Positions 1 through 7,998 of a DNA stretch of 27,228 bases are shown one piece after another (the first letter of the stretch is position 1; every line of letters begins with the position of its first letter). The notes beneath the pieces are model-generated. The model was not told where the DNA came from. It worked only from the letters and a program-made list of their open reading frames with translations, and did not search any database. The stretch lies in the NCBI GenBank assembly GCA_030609665.1, contig JAUWBW010000001.1, positions 1 to 27,228 of the forward strand. Reading direction: 5' to 3'. Origin of the DNA: Methanosarcinaceae archaeon (GTDB lineage Archaea > Halobacteriota > Methanosarcinia > Methanosarcinales > Methanosarcinaceae). A program made the translations under genes and the position numbers.

Positions 1-64
1 TTCTGATCTCCTTATGTCCAGCTCCTGCCACTTGCACTCGAAAAAGGCTATCTTTCTTTCATTT

Positions 65-724
65 TTATATGTATTTAAGTTCTGGCACACCATCTTTCAA
101 TATCACATAAGAGGTACTATCAATGAAATCGCCGCAATTTATTAATTTATCCAGAATAACCGGAACATGGGTATGACCCATGACTACATAATCTAAATTA
201 TGAGTGAGAGCATATTGATTAGCTTCTTTGTGAGTCGCAATAATAAGAGGGTGTGGCTCATCGTTACGCGATAGTAGTTGACTTGGCTTTTTAAAAAAAC
301 GTTGATAAATATAAGGAAATTTTAAGACTAACCACCCATATGAAAAGCTTCCCAACCGCTGTATTAGATCAAAATTCCAGCCATGACAAAAATATATACC
401 TTCTTTTTCAATAGATTCTGCCATTGAAACATTATATTCCCTATAATTTTTCCATAATTTCATAAGATTGTAATCATGATTTCCAGGTATTATTGTGGTA
501 TGCACTTCTGCAGCCGTTTGCTTAAGATCAGACATTACATCTTTAAAATGCGGTTTTACTGTGTTTAATATTTTATCATATGGATATCTCCATAGATCAA
601 AAATATCACCGCATAAAATAAGTTCATCTGCATCTTCCCTTGCAATGTTAAAAAATTCTTCTATTTTAGGATAATTTGTACACTCATAACCAATATGCAT
701 GTCTGATGCGCAATAAATTTTCAT
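65..724 (-). CDS. Calcineurin-like metallophosphoesterase
   Basis: All five motifs are present: SDMH, GDIFD, GNHD, HG, GHTH. ATG at 724 (MKIYCASDMH) follows a G-rich SD-like run; the ORF track starts at 745. Confidence 0.85.
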   Translation of the reverse strand: MKIYCASDMHIGYECTNYPKIEEFFNIAREDADELILCGDIFDLWRYPYDKILNTVKPHFKDVMSDLKQTAAEVHTTIIPGNHDYNLMKLWKNYREYNVSMAESIEKEGIYFCHGWNFDLIQRLGSFSYGWLVLKFPYIYQRFFKKPSQLLSRNDEPHPLIIATHKEANQYALTHNLDYVVMGHTHVPVILDKLINCGDFIDSTSYVILKDGVPELKYI

Positions 725-1039
725 AAAACCCCCCACTATGATCATTGTTAAAGATAATTAAAGTTCTTTCTTTACTACATATATTCATTCCCCTGTTTTC
801 CTATATTATTTTGAAATATTTAATTTTATAGCAAAATGGAACTCCAATTGAAGATATATATGATGATATAAAATGGGAAGATTTGATGAGATTGAAAAGG
901 GATCTTGAAAAGCCATTGGATGGGAGTTTTTATTGTGAGAATACTTATGGGATGATGGGTGGGATGGATATTTGATGGGATTTTTGAATTGAAGTGATGA
1001 TGTAAGAGCAGTCTCTGGTCTCGAACTGCATTATGGAAG

Positions 1040-1545
1040 TGTTGGGCATGGTCGGATGCGTAATATATATGTCAACATATTGTACAATCTTTTTTTGTTA
1101 GTAATTCTGGACTCTTGCAGTAAGTGAACATAAAATCCATCTGGACACCCCTAAAAAAGTTGGTTCACAATATCCGAAAATGCTTGAACCTTGGGGAGTT
1201 TATCTTTGAATCTTGACAGTACTTGATATTTCCATGTTTTTCGCATGGACTTAAAATGAATAAACTTTTGATGAATTAATTTACCATATTTATCAAATCT
1301 GCTTTCCGTTAAGAGTATATGGAGATGAGGATAAAAGCCCATATCTTTGGAAAATGGATGTATGATAACAATAACACCTGTGAGCAAACGACCATTTCTG
1401 TGCTTGTACGAAATAATGTCGTTAATTGCTACAATTGCTGCATCCATCAAAACCTTTAGTAAAAAACGATCTTGTTTAACAAACCCCCAAAGAACATCTG
1501 GAATTGTGAGGATCCAGAATGATGGTGAGCAACATTTTTGAGAGA
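1040..1545 (-). mobile_element. Degenerate IS91-family (HUH/Y2) transposase remnant
   Basis: The ORF at 1151..1450 carries GVIVIIHPFSKDMGFYPHLHILLT (HUH motif). Upstream, VAHHH and ILTIPDVLW lie in different frames. After the stop at 1151, GFYVH and IVQYVDIYITHPTMP (resembling the YxxRYxxHP catalytic-Tyr region) lie in shifted frames. Confidence 0.7.
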
Positions 1546-1641
1546 TTTAGCCCATTTTTCAGATATATTTATATATTATTATATGATAATTCTATTATAG
1601 AATTATAAAATTATGCAATAATATTATGAGTTGATTTTTAA

Positions 1642-1818
1642 ATGACTTCGATTGCGATAGACGAAGATGATAAACAGTACATAGAAAAACTTAGAAAGGA
1701 TGCACCCACTGGAAAGGTTCTAAATATTAAGCAAACAGCCCACTGCGTATTGGGGTTTATTAAAAAAAATGAAAACGAATATATGATATATATGAATAAT
1801 CAACGGAAAGATTTATGA
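1642..1818 (+). CDS. Small 58-aa protein, possibly ribbon-helix-helix-like (not in ORF track)
   Basis: Hand translation: MTSIAIDEDDKQYIEKLRKDAPTGKVLNIKQTAHCVLGFIKKNENEYMIYMNNQRKDL*. An SD-like GAGTTGA lies upstream and the stop is 3 nt before the next ORF's GTG. The N-terminal strand-helix pattern is RHH-like (inference). Confidence 0.5.
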   Translation: MTSIAIDEDDKQYIEKLRKDAPTGKVLNIKQTAHCVLGFIKKNENEYMIYMNNQRKDL

Positions 1819-1845
1819 GTAGTGATATCTACAAGGGGGGACAAG

Positions 1846-2247
1846 ATGAATTTTACGAACGAAAATGAATTCATAGAATTAAAAAAATCTATTATGGATA
1901 TTTCTAATGGATTATTAAATGATAATCGAAATATTCGTTTAGAGAACTTAAAAGTTCTAAGAAAGATTACCATTAAAATAGAATTGATGAATATCGCAAA
2001 AAAGTGGGACCATAGTGATATTATTCCGATTTTATACATATTGAGGAATTTGGTTAATGATTTATATATTAATCTTGGAACCGATTCTTCACATGATTTC
2101 CCTGCCGAAAGCATTTCAAATGGATATTGTGAAAACTTAGGAAAATTCATCAAATCGTCATTCAATAAAGATAGTGAATCTATTGAAGGATTATACGAGA
2201 CGATTAAGCAATATTATACCAACCTTATGTTAGTTGAATCCGAGTGA
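1846..2247 (+). CDS. Hypothetical alpha-helical protein
   Basis: Open frame 1822..2247. ATG at 1846 follows GGGGGG. The stop overlaps the next gene's GTG (GTGA at 2244-2247). No family recognised. Confidence 0.65.
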   Translation: MNFTNENEFIELKKSIMDISNGLLNDNRNIRLENLKVLRKITIKIELMNIAKKWDHSDIIPILYILRNLVNDLYINLGTDSSHDFPAESISNGYCENLGKFIKSSFNKDSESIEGLYETIKQYYTNLMLVESE

Positions 2248-2900
2248 TTTTTATGAAATTAAAATTAAATGAATCATTTAATAGTACTAAAAAGCGGGTT
2301 AATGAACTAAATAAAAGATCAAATGAATATTTTAGAGACCCTGGCTGTGTCAAGCAATGTACTAAAGCGCATCGAAGTGGCATTCTAAGTTCGCATTACA
2401 TTGATTTTGACAATATGACAATTGATCCCTTTAAAGCAGAGGATATCGTTCTTTTGTATTCTTATAAGATAAATGAAATTATTGAGAAACACCCCGTTGA
2501 TTTTTTGGCATTTATTGAAAAAGCAGATGGAGGAACTACCGGGACACTTAAAATGTCAATAGCAATCTCCATTAAAACCAAGATTCCAAACATTTCATTA
2601 AGAATGGGAAAAGAACTGGCACGTGAAAAATTGAAAATGCCTTATGACATGAACAGTCGGAAAGGTTTAAAGTATATTTTAATTACTGATCATATTTCAA
2701 GCGGGCAGGAAGTTTTGAAATCAATCAAAGTAATTGAAGAAAATGGGGGCAAGGTCACTGACTTAATAACTTATACATCAGAAAGTCATATTGATGTTGA
2801 AGAAATAGAAACCATTGGGATTAACTTTCACACCATTAAAACTGACTTAGACCTTAAAAGCGTAGGAATTTCCTTTGAACCAATTGCAATTGTAGCTTGA
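2244..2900 (+). CDS. Divergent type I phosphoribosyltransferase (PyrE/OPRT-like)
   Basis: SGILSSHYID resembles the OPRT SGxxSxYYID motif. YILITDHISSGQEV is a variant PRPP-binding loop, followed by IKVIEENGGKV. The start could be GTG 2244 or ATG 2253. Confidence 0.75.
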   Translation: MIFMKLKLNESFNSTKKRVNELNKRSNEYFRDPGCVKQCTKAHRSGILSSHYIDFDNMTIDPFKAEDIVLLYSYKINEIIEKHPVDFLAFIEKADGGTTGTLKMSIAISIKTKIPNISLRMGKELAREKLKMPYDMNSRKGLKYILITDHISSGQEVLKSIKVIEENGGKVTDLITYTSESHIDVEEIETIGINFHTIKTDLDLKSVGISFEPIAIVA

Positions 2901-2917
2901 AAAATGGGTAGGATGGA

Positions 2918-3613
2918 ATGGTTTTTCAAATAAATTTAGATTGGGTAGTTGAACTTACCCCTGATAATAAAGGAGAGCACACAATTAAGATTCATGTCAG
3001 TAACCCCTCTGATATGAATCCTGCAAAATCCAATTACTACCACATATTTTTAAATGAAATGAATGTTTCCACAAATTCAGCAAAAATGATTTTTAACAAT
3101 ACATCAATAGAACCCATTAAAGAGGACTATTTTCTTGAAGATAATCACATTAGAATTGATTTTGATAAATTTGATAAAGATTATAAGTTAGATTTTAGTT
3201 CCCGAAAATCGTTTGATTTAGAAATTAATTTCAGTCAACACCCGACAATAAAAAAACATCATGGAATTAAAGATGTAAATGTGGATTTTAGTACTCATTT
3301 AGATTCAGCTTCCTCTAAATTGACATTCATTTTACCACGGAGAAATAGGTTGTTAAAATTTTTCCGGCATAAAATATTGCAAAAAGATGATGAATATCCT
3401 TACACTATAATCCCATATAATGGTGAGCCTACAATTGAACCAGATGAAAAAGGATATCTAAAATTAATTTATACTTCTAGAAGCGACATAATAAGTCCAT
3501 TTGGATTTATGTTTCGTGAGTCAAATATAAGTACAATGTTTTATAGTTTTATTTCTGGGATTTCAATAGGATTAATAGCTAATTATCTTTTTGATTTATT
3601 GCGGGGAAAGTAA
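2918..3613 (+). CDS. Hypothetical protein with a C-terminal transmembrane anchor
   Basis: 231-aa ORF with an SD-like GGGTAGGA. The body is rich in beta-strand-like segments and the C-terminus is hydrophobic (MFYSFISGISIGLIANYLFDLL) followed by RGK. Confidence 0.7.
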   Translation: MVFQINLDWVVELTPDNKGEHTIKIHVSNPSDMNPAKSNYYHIFLNEMNVSTNSAKMIFNNTSIEPIKEDYFLEDNHIRIDFDKFDKDYKLDFSSRKSFDLEINFSQHPTIKKHHGIKDVNVDFSTHLDSASSKLTFILPRRNRLLKFFRHKILQKDDEYPYTIIPYNGEPTIEPDEKGYLKLIYTSRSDIISPFGFMFRESNISTMFYSFISGISIGLIANYLFDLLRGK

Positions 3614-3647
3614 CATTCATTTTTTCGAAGTTAAAATTGCATCCCAA

Positions 3648-3787
3648 GTCAGTGGAGCAACATAGAGTGACTCTCTTGTAATGGGATGAACCTACTCCGG
3701 CATTACTCCGGTTTTCAGGGAACCGTCAGCAATCCAGTTGAGCAATTCAAGAGCTCTTTTGAGATCATCGATCTTTTTTGCTTTTGC
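3648..3787 (-). pseudogene. Duplicated 3' fragment of the GH15 gene (direct repeat of 6070..6209)
   Basis: Manual alignment gives 127/140 identical nt with no gaps. A CAG-to-TAG nonsense change lies at 3692-3694. Confidence 0.9.
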
Positions 3788-4184
3788 AGCACTATTCCAA
3801 TGGAAATGGTGTCTAACTCTGTATTTTCGCACTTTCCGCAGGTATATTTTAAAAACAAATCTTTTTCTTAAATATATAATCATGTCGCATGATTGCTGTT
3901 TTCGAAATATGTGTGCAAATGGTTCAGAATGATGCATGTCTATTATCTACCGAAGTTGGCAAATTGTATGCTTAAACAGTATCTCCTCAACATTGAATGA
4001 GTGGGTGTTATCATCTCGCCATGATTTTTATGTATATACAATACAAATATAATATTTCAGAAATGTACAAAATAGCTATCAGGAAAAATTATTGAATTTT
4101 TGCAGTCACCTGCGGAAAGTGAAATTTTCAAAAGATAAAGTTATATCAAAGACATTTCATAGATAAAATGGGGAAAACATTCGT

Positions 4185-4808
4185 ATGAAATTCTACGATA
4201 TTTCATTGCCAATAGCGGAAGGAATGATAGTATATCCTGAGAACCCGCAGCCTTCGATCGTCAGATATGCATCCATCCCCAGAGATAAAGTGAATGAATC
4301 GATAATAACCATCGGGAGCCATACAGGTACACATGTGGACTCCAGGTTACACATTAAGAATAATGCCGAAGGTGCAGAGGCTTTGCCATTGGATAGTTTT
4401 TTTGGAAAATGCAAGGTGTTCGATCTGACCCACAGTGATAGGGAGATACACAGTGAGGATCTTAGTGGTTATGAAATTGAAAAAGGGAACATAATACTCT
4501 TAAAAACCAGGAACTCTGTACTGGGATACAGGGAATTCAGAAAGGATTTCGTGCACCTGAAACTGGATGCTGCACAATACCTTGTAAAAGCAGGGATCAA
4601 AACACTTGGCTTTGACTACTTGAGTGTGAAAAAATTTGGCGGGGACGACGAGGTTCACGAGCTACTCATCAATAACCTGACCCTGTTCGAGGGTCTCGAT
4701 CTGGCTGATGTGCCAGAAGGAGAATATACATTCATAGGCGTTCCTCTGCGCATAAATACCGACGGAGCACCCGCAAGAGCCATACTTGTTCAGGGTCAGA
4801 TAGAGTGA
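4185..4808 (+). CDS. Cyclase-family metal-dependent hydrolase (kynurenine formamidase-like)
   Basis: HTGTHVD signature, LGFDYLSV, FEGLDL and C-terminal DGAPARA. Confidence 0.9.
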   Translation: MKFYDISLPIAEGMIVYPENPQPSIVRYASIPRDKVNESIITIGSHTGTHVDSRLHIKNNAEGAEALPLDSFFGKCKVFDLTHSDREIHSEDLSGYEIEKGNIILLKTRNSVLGYREFRKDFVHLKLDAAQYLVKAGIKTLGFDYLSVKKFGGDDEVHELLINNLTLFEGLDLADVPEGEYTFIGVPLRINTDGAPARAILVQGQIE

Positions 4809-5731
4809 ATCCTGCTGGTCTTCCTCTCGTTAGCGATATATTCGTCACTGCCATATGGATGTCCGCCAAAGCCATGGCGCATTATGGCTATTGCCCGGGC
4901 CGCATCGTTGTCTTCCTTTCTTGACCTGAAAAGTTCCATCACAGATTGGGTAATTACCGGGATTGGGATCTGCTTTTCTATCGCCTCCTCAACAAGCCAG
5001 TTGACCTCACCCATATCCTCAACATAGCTGGGAACGTCTCTTATATCCTTGAGATCACCCAGACCCTTCTCCATGAGCTCCACAAGCCAGCCCCTGATAA
5101 CGGAACCATAGGACCAATTATGGAAAATGTCACGCATATCCAGATCAAAGTCATTCCGGAGCAGAAGCTCGACCCCCTCGCCAATGGCTTGCAACATCCC
5201 GAATTCGATCCCATTGTGCACAAGTTTCACAAAATGCCCGCTTCCGGGCGCTCCTGTGTACAGATAACCACCTTCAACAGCCAGGAGCTTTAAGATCGGC
5301 TCGCATATCTTATTGGCTTCAGGTTTTCCACCTACCATAAAACAGGCTCCATAACGGGCTCCATCGATCCCACCGCTGGTACCGCAATCAATAAAATGGA
5401 TTCCCATCTTCAACATCTCAGATTCTCTCCTGATAGAATCCTTATAGTAAGAGTTCCCGCCATCTAGGATCACGTCTCCCTTATCCAGATAAGGCACCAA
5501 CTCATCCAGGACCTTATCAATAGTTGGTCCTGCCGGAAGTGAAAGAAAGATCGACCTGGGATGTTCCAAAGAACTTATGAACTCATCATATCCCTCTACC
5601 ACCTTTACGCCTTTCTCTGTGAATTCAGGCTTTGGCCCCCTCGCTTTTCCAACCACAAATATCCCTTTTTCAACACATTGAAGAGCAATATTTCCCCCCA
5701 TCTTACCAAGACCAATAATTCCAAGTTCCAT
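4796..5731 (-). CDS. gnd: 6-phosphogluconate dehydrogenase (decarboxylating), short YqeC/GndA type
   Basis: GLGKMG Rossmann motif, ILDGGNS, DCGTSGG, GSGHFVKLVHNGIEFG and RHGFGGH. At 311 aa it lacks the long C-terminal domain. Confidence 0.9.
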   Translation of the reverse strand: MELGIIGLGKMGGNIALQCVEKGIFVVGKARGPKPEFTEKGVKVVEGYDEFISSLEHPRSIFLSLPAGPTIDKVLDELVPYLDKGDVILDGGNSYYKDSIRRESEMLKMGIHFIDCGTSGGIDGARYGACFMVGGKPEANKICEPILKLLAVEGGYLYTGAPGSGHFVKLVHNGIEFGMLQAIGEGVELLLRNDFDLDMRDIFHNWSYGSVIRGWLVELMEKGLGDLKDIRDVPSYVEDMGEVNWLVEEAIEKQIPIPVITQSVMELFRSRKEDNDAARAIAIMRHGFGGHPYGSDEYIANERKTSRIHSI

Positions 5732-5816
5732 ATAATCACAACTCCCCTACTCCTACACCTAATAAACAAAAAATCCGAGGCCGTAAAAATCACTCCACAG
5801 CCCCATAACACATCAT

Positions 5817-5924
5817 TCAATCCTTGTGTATATCATCCTGGTGCTTTTCAAACTCTTCCTTCGAGGAAAAGGTCGTATTACACATTTTGCACACGAACTC
5901 ACTTTCCTCAGCCTTTTCATCCAT
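5817..5924 (-). CDS. 35-aa C2H2 zinc-finger microprotein (not in ORF track)
   Basis: Hand translation: MDEKAEESEFVCKMCNTTFSSKEEFEKHQDDIHKD*. The pattern is F-x-C-x2-C-x3-F-x5-F-x2-H-x4-H. A perfect GGAGGTGA SD lies 4 nt upstream of the ATG. Confidence 0.8.
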   Translation of the reverse strand: MDEKAEESEFVCKMCNTTFSSKEEFEKHQDDIHKD

Positions 5925-5987
5925 TATCTCACCTCCCACACTTATAGATCAAAAATAAATTTGAAATTGAACATTACTTCAAACCAG

Positions 5988-7973
5988 TCATCCGGTTCCT
6001 GAAATATCCAGATCCGCTCTTTTTTCCACATATCTTGTGATCACGTCCACAAACTCTGCATGACTCCAGGTCAGTGGAGCAACAGAGAGTGACTCTCCTG
6101 TAATGGGATGAACCTGCTCCGGCATTACCCCGGTTTCCAGGGAGCAGTCAGCAACCCAGTTGATCAATTCAAGAGCTCTTTTCAGATCATTAATCTTTTT
6201 CGCTTTTGCTATGTACCACTTCGCAAGCCACAGAGTACATATCAGCCAGGGGTTTCCTGTGGCTTCGTTTGTCAGCCTGTGATAATTGTCATTCTCATAT
6301 CTCGCGATCCCACCTTTACCCCCAACCCAGAGTCGCTCTTCCACATTCTTCATTGTCCTGACCACACGCGGATCGTCAGCCGGGAGTACATCGAAATCAA
6401 AGATCCCATATACACTGCTGTCAACCGTCCTGTCGATCTTCTTTTGACTTATATCGCCTCCTTCATACTGTATGCTCCTCAGAAAAACGCCATTTTCATT
6501 GTCAAAGAGCTCATTTATGAGCACCTCTTTGAGATCATTATATCTGTTTCGGCACATCTCGCAGGTTATTTTATCACTTAATAGATCTCCAAGGTGCCTT
6601 GCCGAAACCAGCCCGGCGTAGACTGCTGATGTTGTAAAAGTAAAAATTCCCCTTCTCTCTTCCCACAGGTCATAACTTTCCACAGGAACCCCATTTGGGT
6701 AACGATAATCATTCATGAAAAATACTGCCTTCTTCACCAACGGCTCATAGAGTTCCTGAACAAACTCGATATCATTGGTTGCCAGATAATACTTCCAAAG
6801 AGCATAAAGTACCAACCCTGTCTCATCTTCCTGGATCGGAAGAGATGGTCTGCCATATTCGACCCAGGGGTGCCAGCTGCTCCCCAATGTCTTATCAGGA
6901 TTATACTTGTGGAGCATACATCCTGTCCACCAGAGCACATCCTTGCAAAATGTAAAGAATGGTTTCGCAAATTCAGGATATCCTGCATCTATCATAGCAA
7001 TGGCAACAAGAGCCCCATCCCTGGACCACATGTAACTGTACGTATCCTTGTTGAACTGCCTGTTGTCTGAATCATTTGCTGCAATGATGGCACCTCCTTT
7101 ATCCGTCTGGGTCTTTATGATCAACAGCGACCTTTTGTAGAGATTTACAAGTCCGGGGTCAAGGTTTGAAAGGTCGACAGTAGTTTGGCTGGCCCAGGAT
7201 CTCTGGGAAGCTTCAGTACCCTTTAATAGACTTTCAGGCCCCATGTCCATGACGCGATCATTTAGCTCATAGACATCATTGAAGTCTTTTCCTGTAGTCA
7301 TATAATAGTAAACGACCCTCGACGAGTTACCCGGGACTTGCAGGTGAACACCAACCGTTGAATCTATAGAACCCTGTGCCACCGGGTTTTTTGAAAGGAC
7401 CCCGTCTTCTGCATCCCTGAATGTCCCTTCGTAACCCTCGCCTTCTGACTGGCCAATGGCATAGTCGTCAATGTCACTGGTTATTCCCTCTTTCTTATTT
7501 GCTCTTAGTAGACCGATCAGGAAATACCTGGCTCTCTTGTAATGTATTATCACATTGTGATCCATCTGGTAAACTGCCGTATCCCCGATCCCATCGCCGT
7601 AAAGGTGGAAATCGTGGTTAAAGAATACACGGATCTCTCTTTTATCATTCCGGGTATTTCTTACAGTAATCCTTCTGAGAAATATGTTGGCCTCACAATC
7701 AACATTCTCCTCAAAGTTTAACTCAATACCAAGATCGCTGTTTATGGCCAGATTATCAGTTGCAAGCGTATCGTTCTTATAAGCAGGTCTCCTTTCCCAC
7801 TCCGATTCATTAACCCACGAAAGCCTGCCATCGGCATACACACCTATCTTCTGGGCGTGTCCGACCAGATGATTCTCCTGGCCAACATAGGGATAATAGA
7901 TATCCCGTACCTGAAACCATTTGTCGATATTGATCAACAAAGACTGATTACCCAGAGCAATATGTCGAGTCAT
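5988..7973 (-). CDS. Glycoside hydrolase family 15 (glucoamylase/trehalase-like)
   Basis: Y(M)WSRDG, IQEDETG, DLWEE (catalytic acid region), PEQV and LTWSHA. ATG at 7973 follows an AGGGGG SD; the ORF track's 8009 start overlaps the upstream gene. Confidence 0.9.
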   Translation of the reverse strand: MTRHIALGNQSLLINIDKWFQVRDIYYPYVGQENHLVGHAQKIGVYADGRLSWVNESEWERRPAYKNDTLATDNLAINSDLGIELNFEENVDCEANIFLRRITVRNTRNDKREIRVFFNHDFHLYGDGIGDTAVYQMDHNVIIHYKRARYFLIGLLRANKKEGITSDIDDYAIGQSEGEGYEGTFRDAEDGVLSKNPVAQGSIDSTVGVHLQVPGNSSRVVYYYMTTGKDFNDVYELNDRVMDMGPESLLKGTEASQRSWASQTTVDLSNLDPGLVNLYKRSLLIIKTQTDKGGAIIAANDSDNRQFNKDTYSYMWSRDGALVAIAMIDAGYPEFAKPFFTFCKDVLWWTGCMLHKYNPDKTLGSSWHPWVEYGRPSLPIQEDETGLVLYALWKYYLATNDIEFVQELYEPLVKKAVFFMNDYRYPNGVPVESYDLWEERRGIFTFTTSAVYAGLVSARHLGDLLSDKITCEMCRNRYNDLKEVLINELFDNENGVFLRSIQYEGGDISQKKIDRTVDSSVYGIFDFDVLPADDPRVVRTMKNVEERLWVGGKGGIARYENDNYHRLTNEATGNPWLICTLWLAKWYIAKAKKINDLKRALELINWVADCSLETGVMPEQVHPITGESLSVAPLTWSHAEFVDVITRYVEKRADLDISGTG

Positions 7974-7998
7974 GTTTCCCCCTATAGATTGTTTGACC

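Noticed and set aside
832-975. Start-less open frame (QNGTPIEDIY…GMMGGMDI)
   Set aside because: There is no start codon or SD directly after the upstream stop and no recognisable motif.
949-979. G3-N5-G3-N1-G3-N13-G3 potential G-quadruplex
   Set aside because: The third loop is long, and the pattern is likely a by-product of GGGATG-rich sequence with no functional context.
3692-3694. In-frame TAG as a pyrrolysine codon
   Set aside because: It is a CAG-to-TAG change in a short orphan duplicate that is truncated on both sides, so decay is the simpler explanation.
3788-3937. N-terminal part of ORF 3692..3937 (EPFAHIFRKQQS…) as a transposase start
   Set aside because: The resemblance to IS701-like N-termini is too vague, and no terminal repeats or DDE residues were seen.
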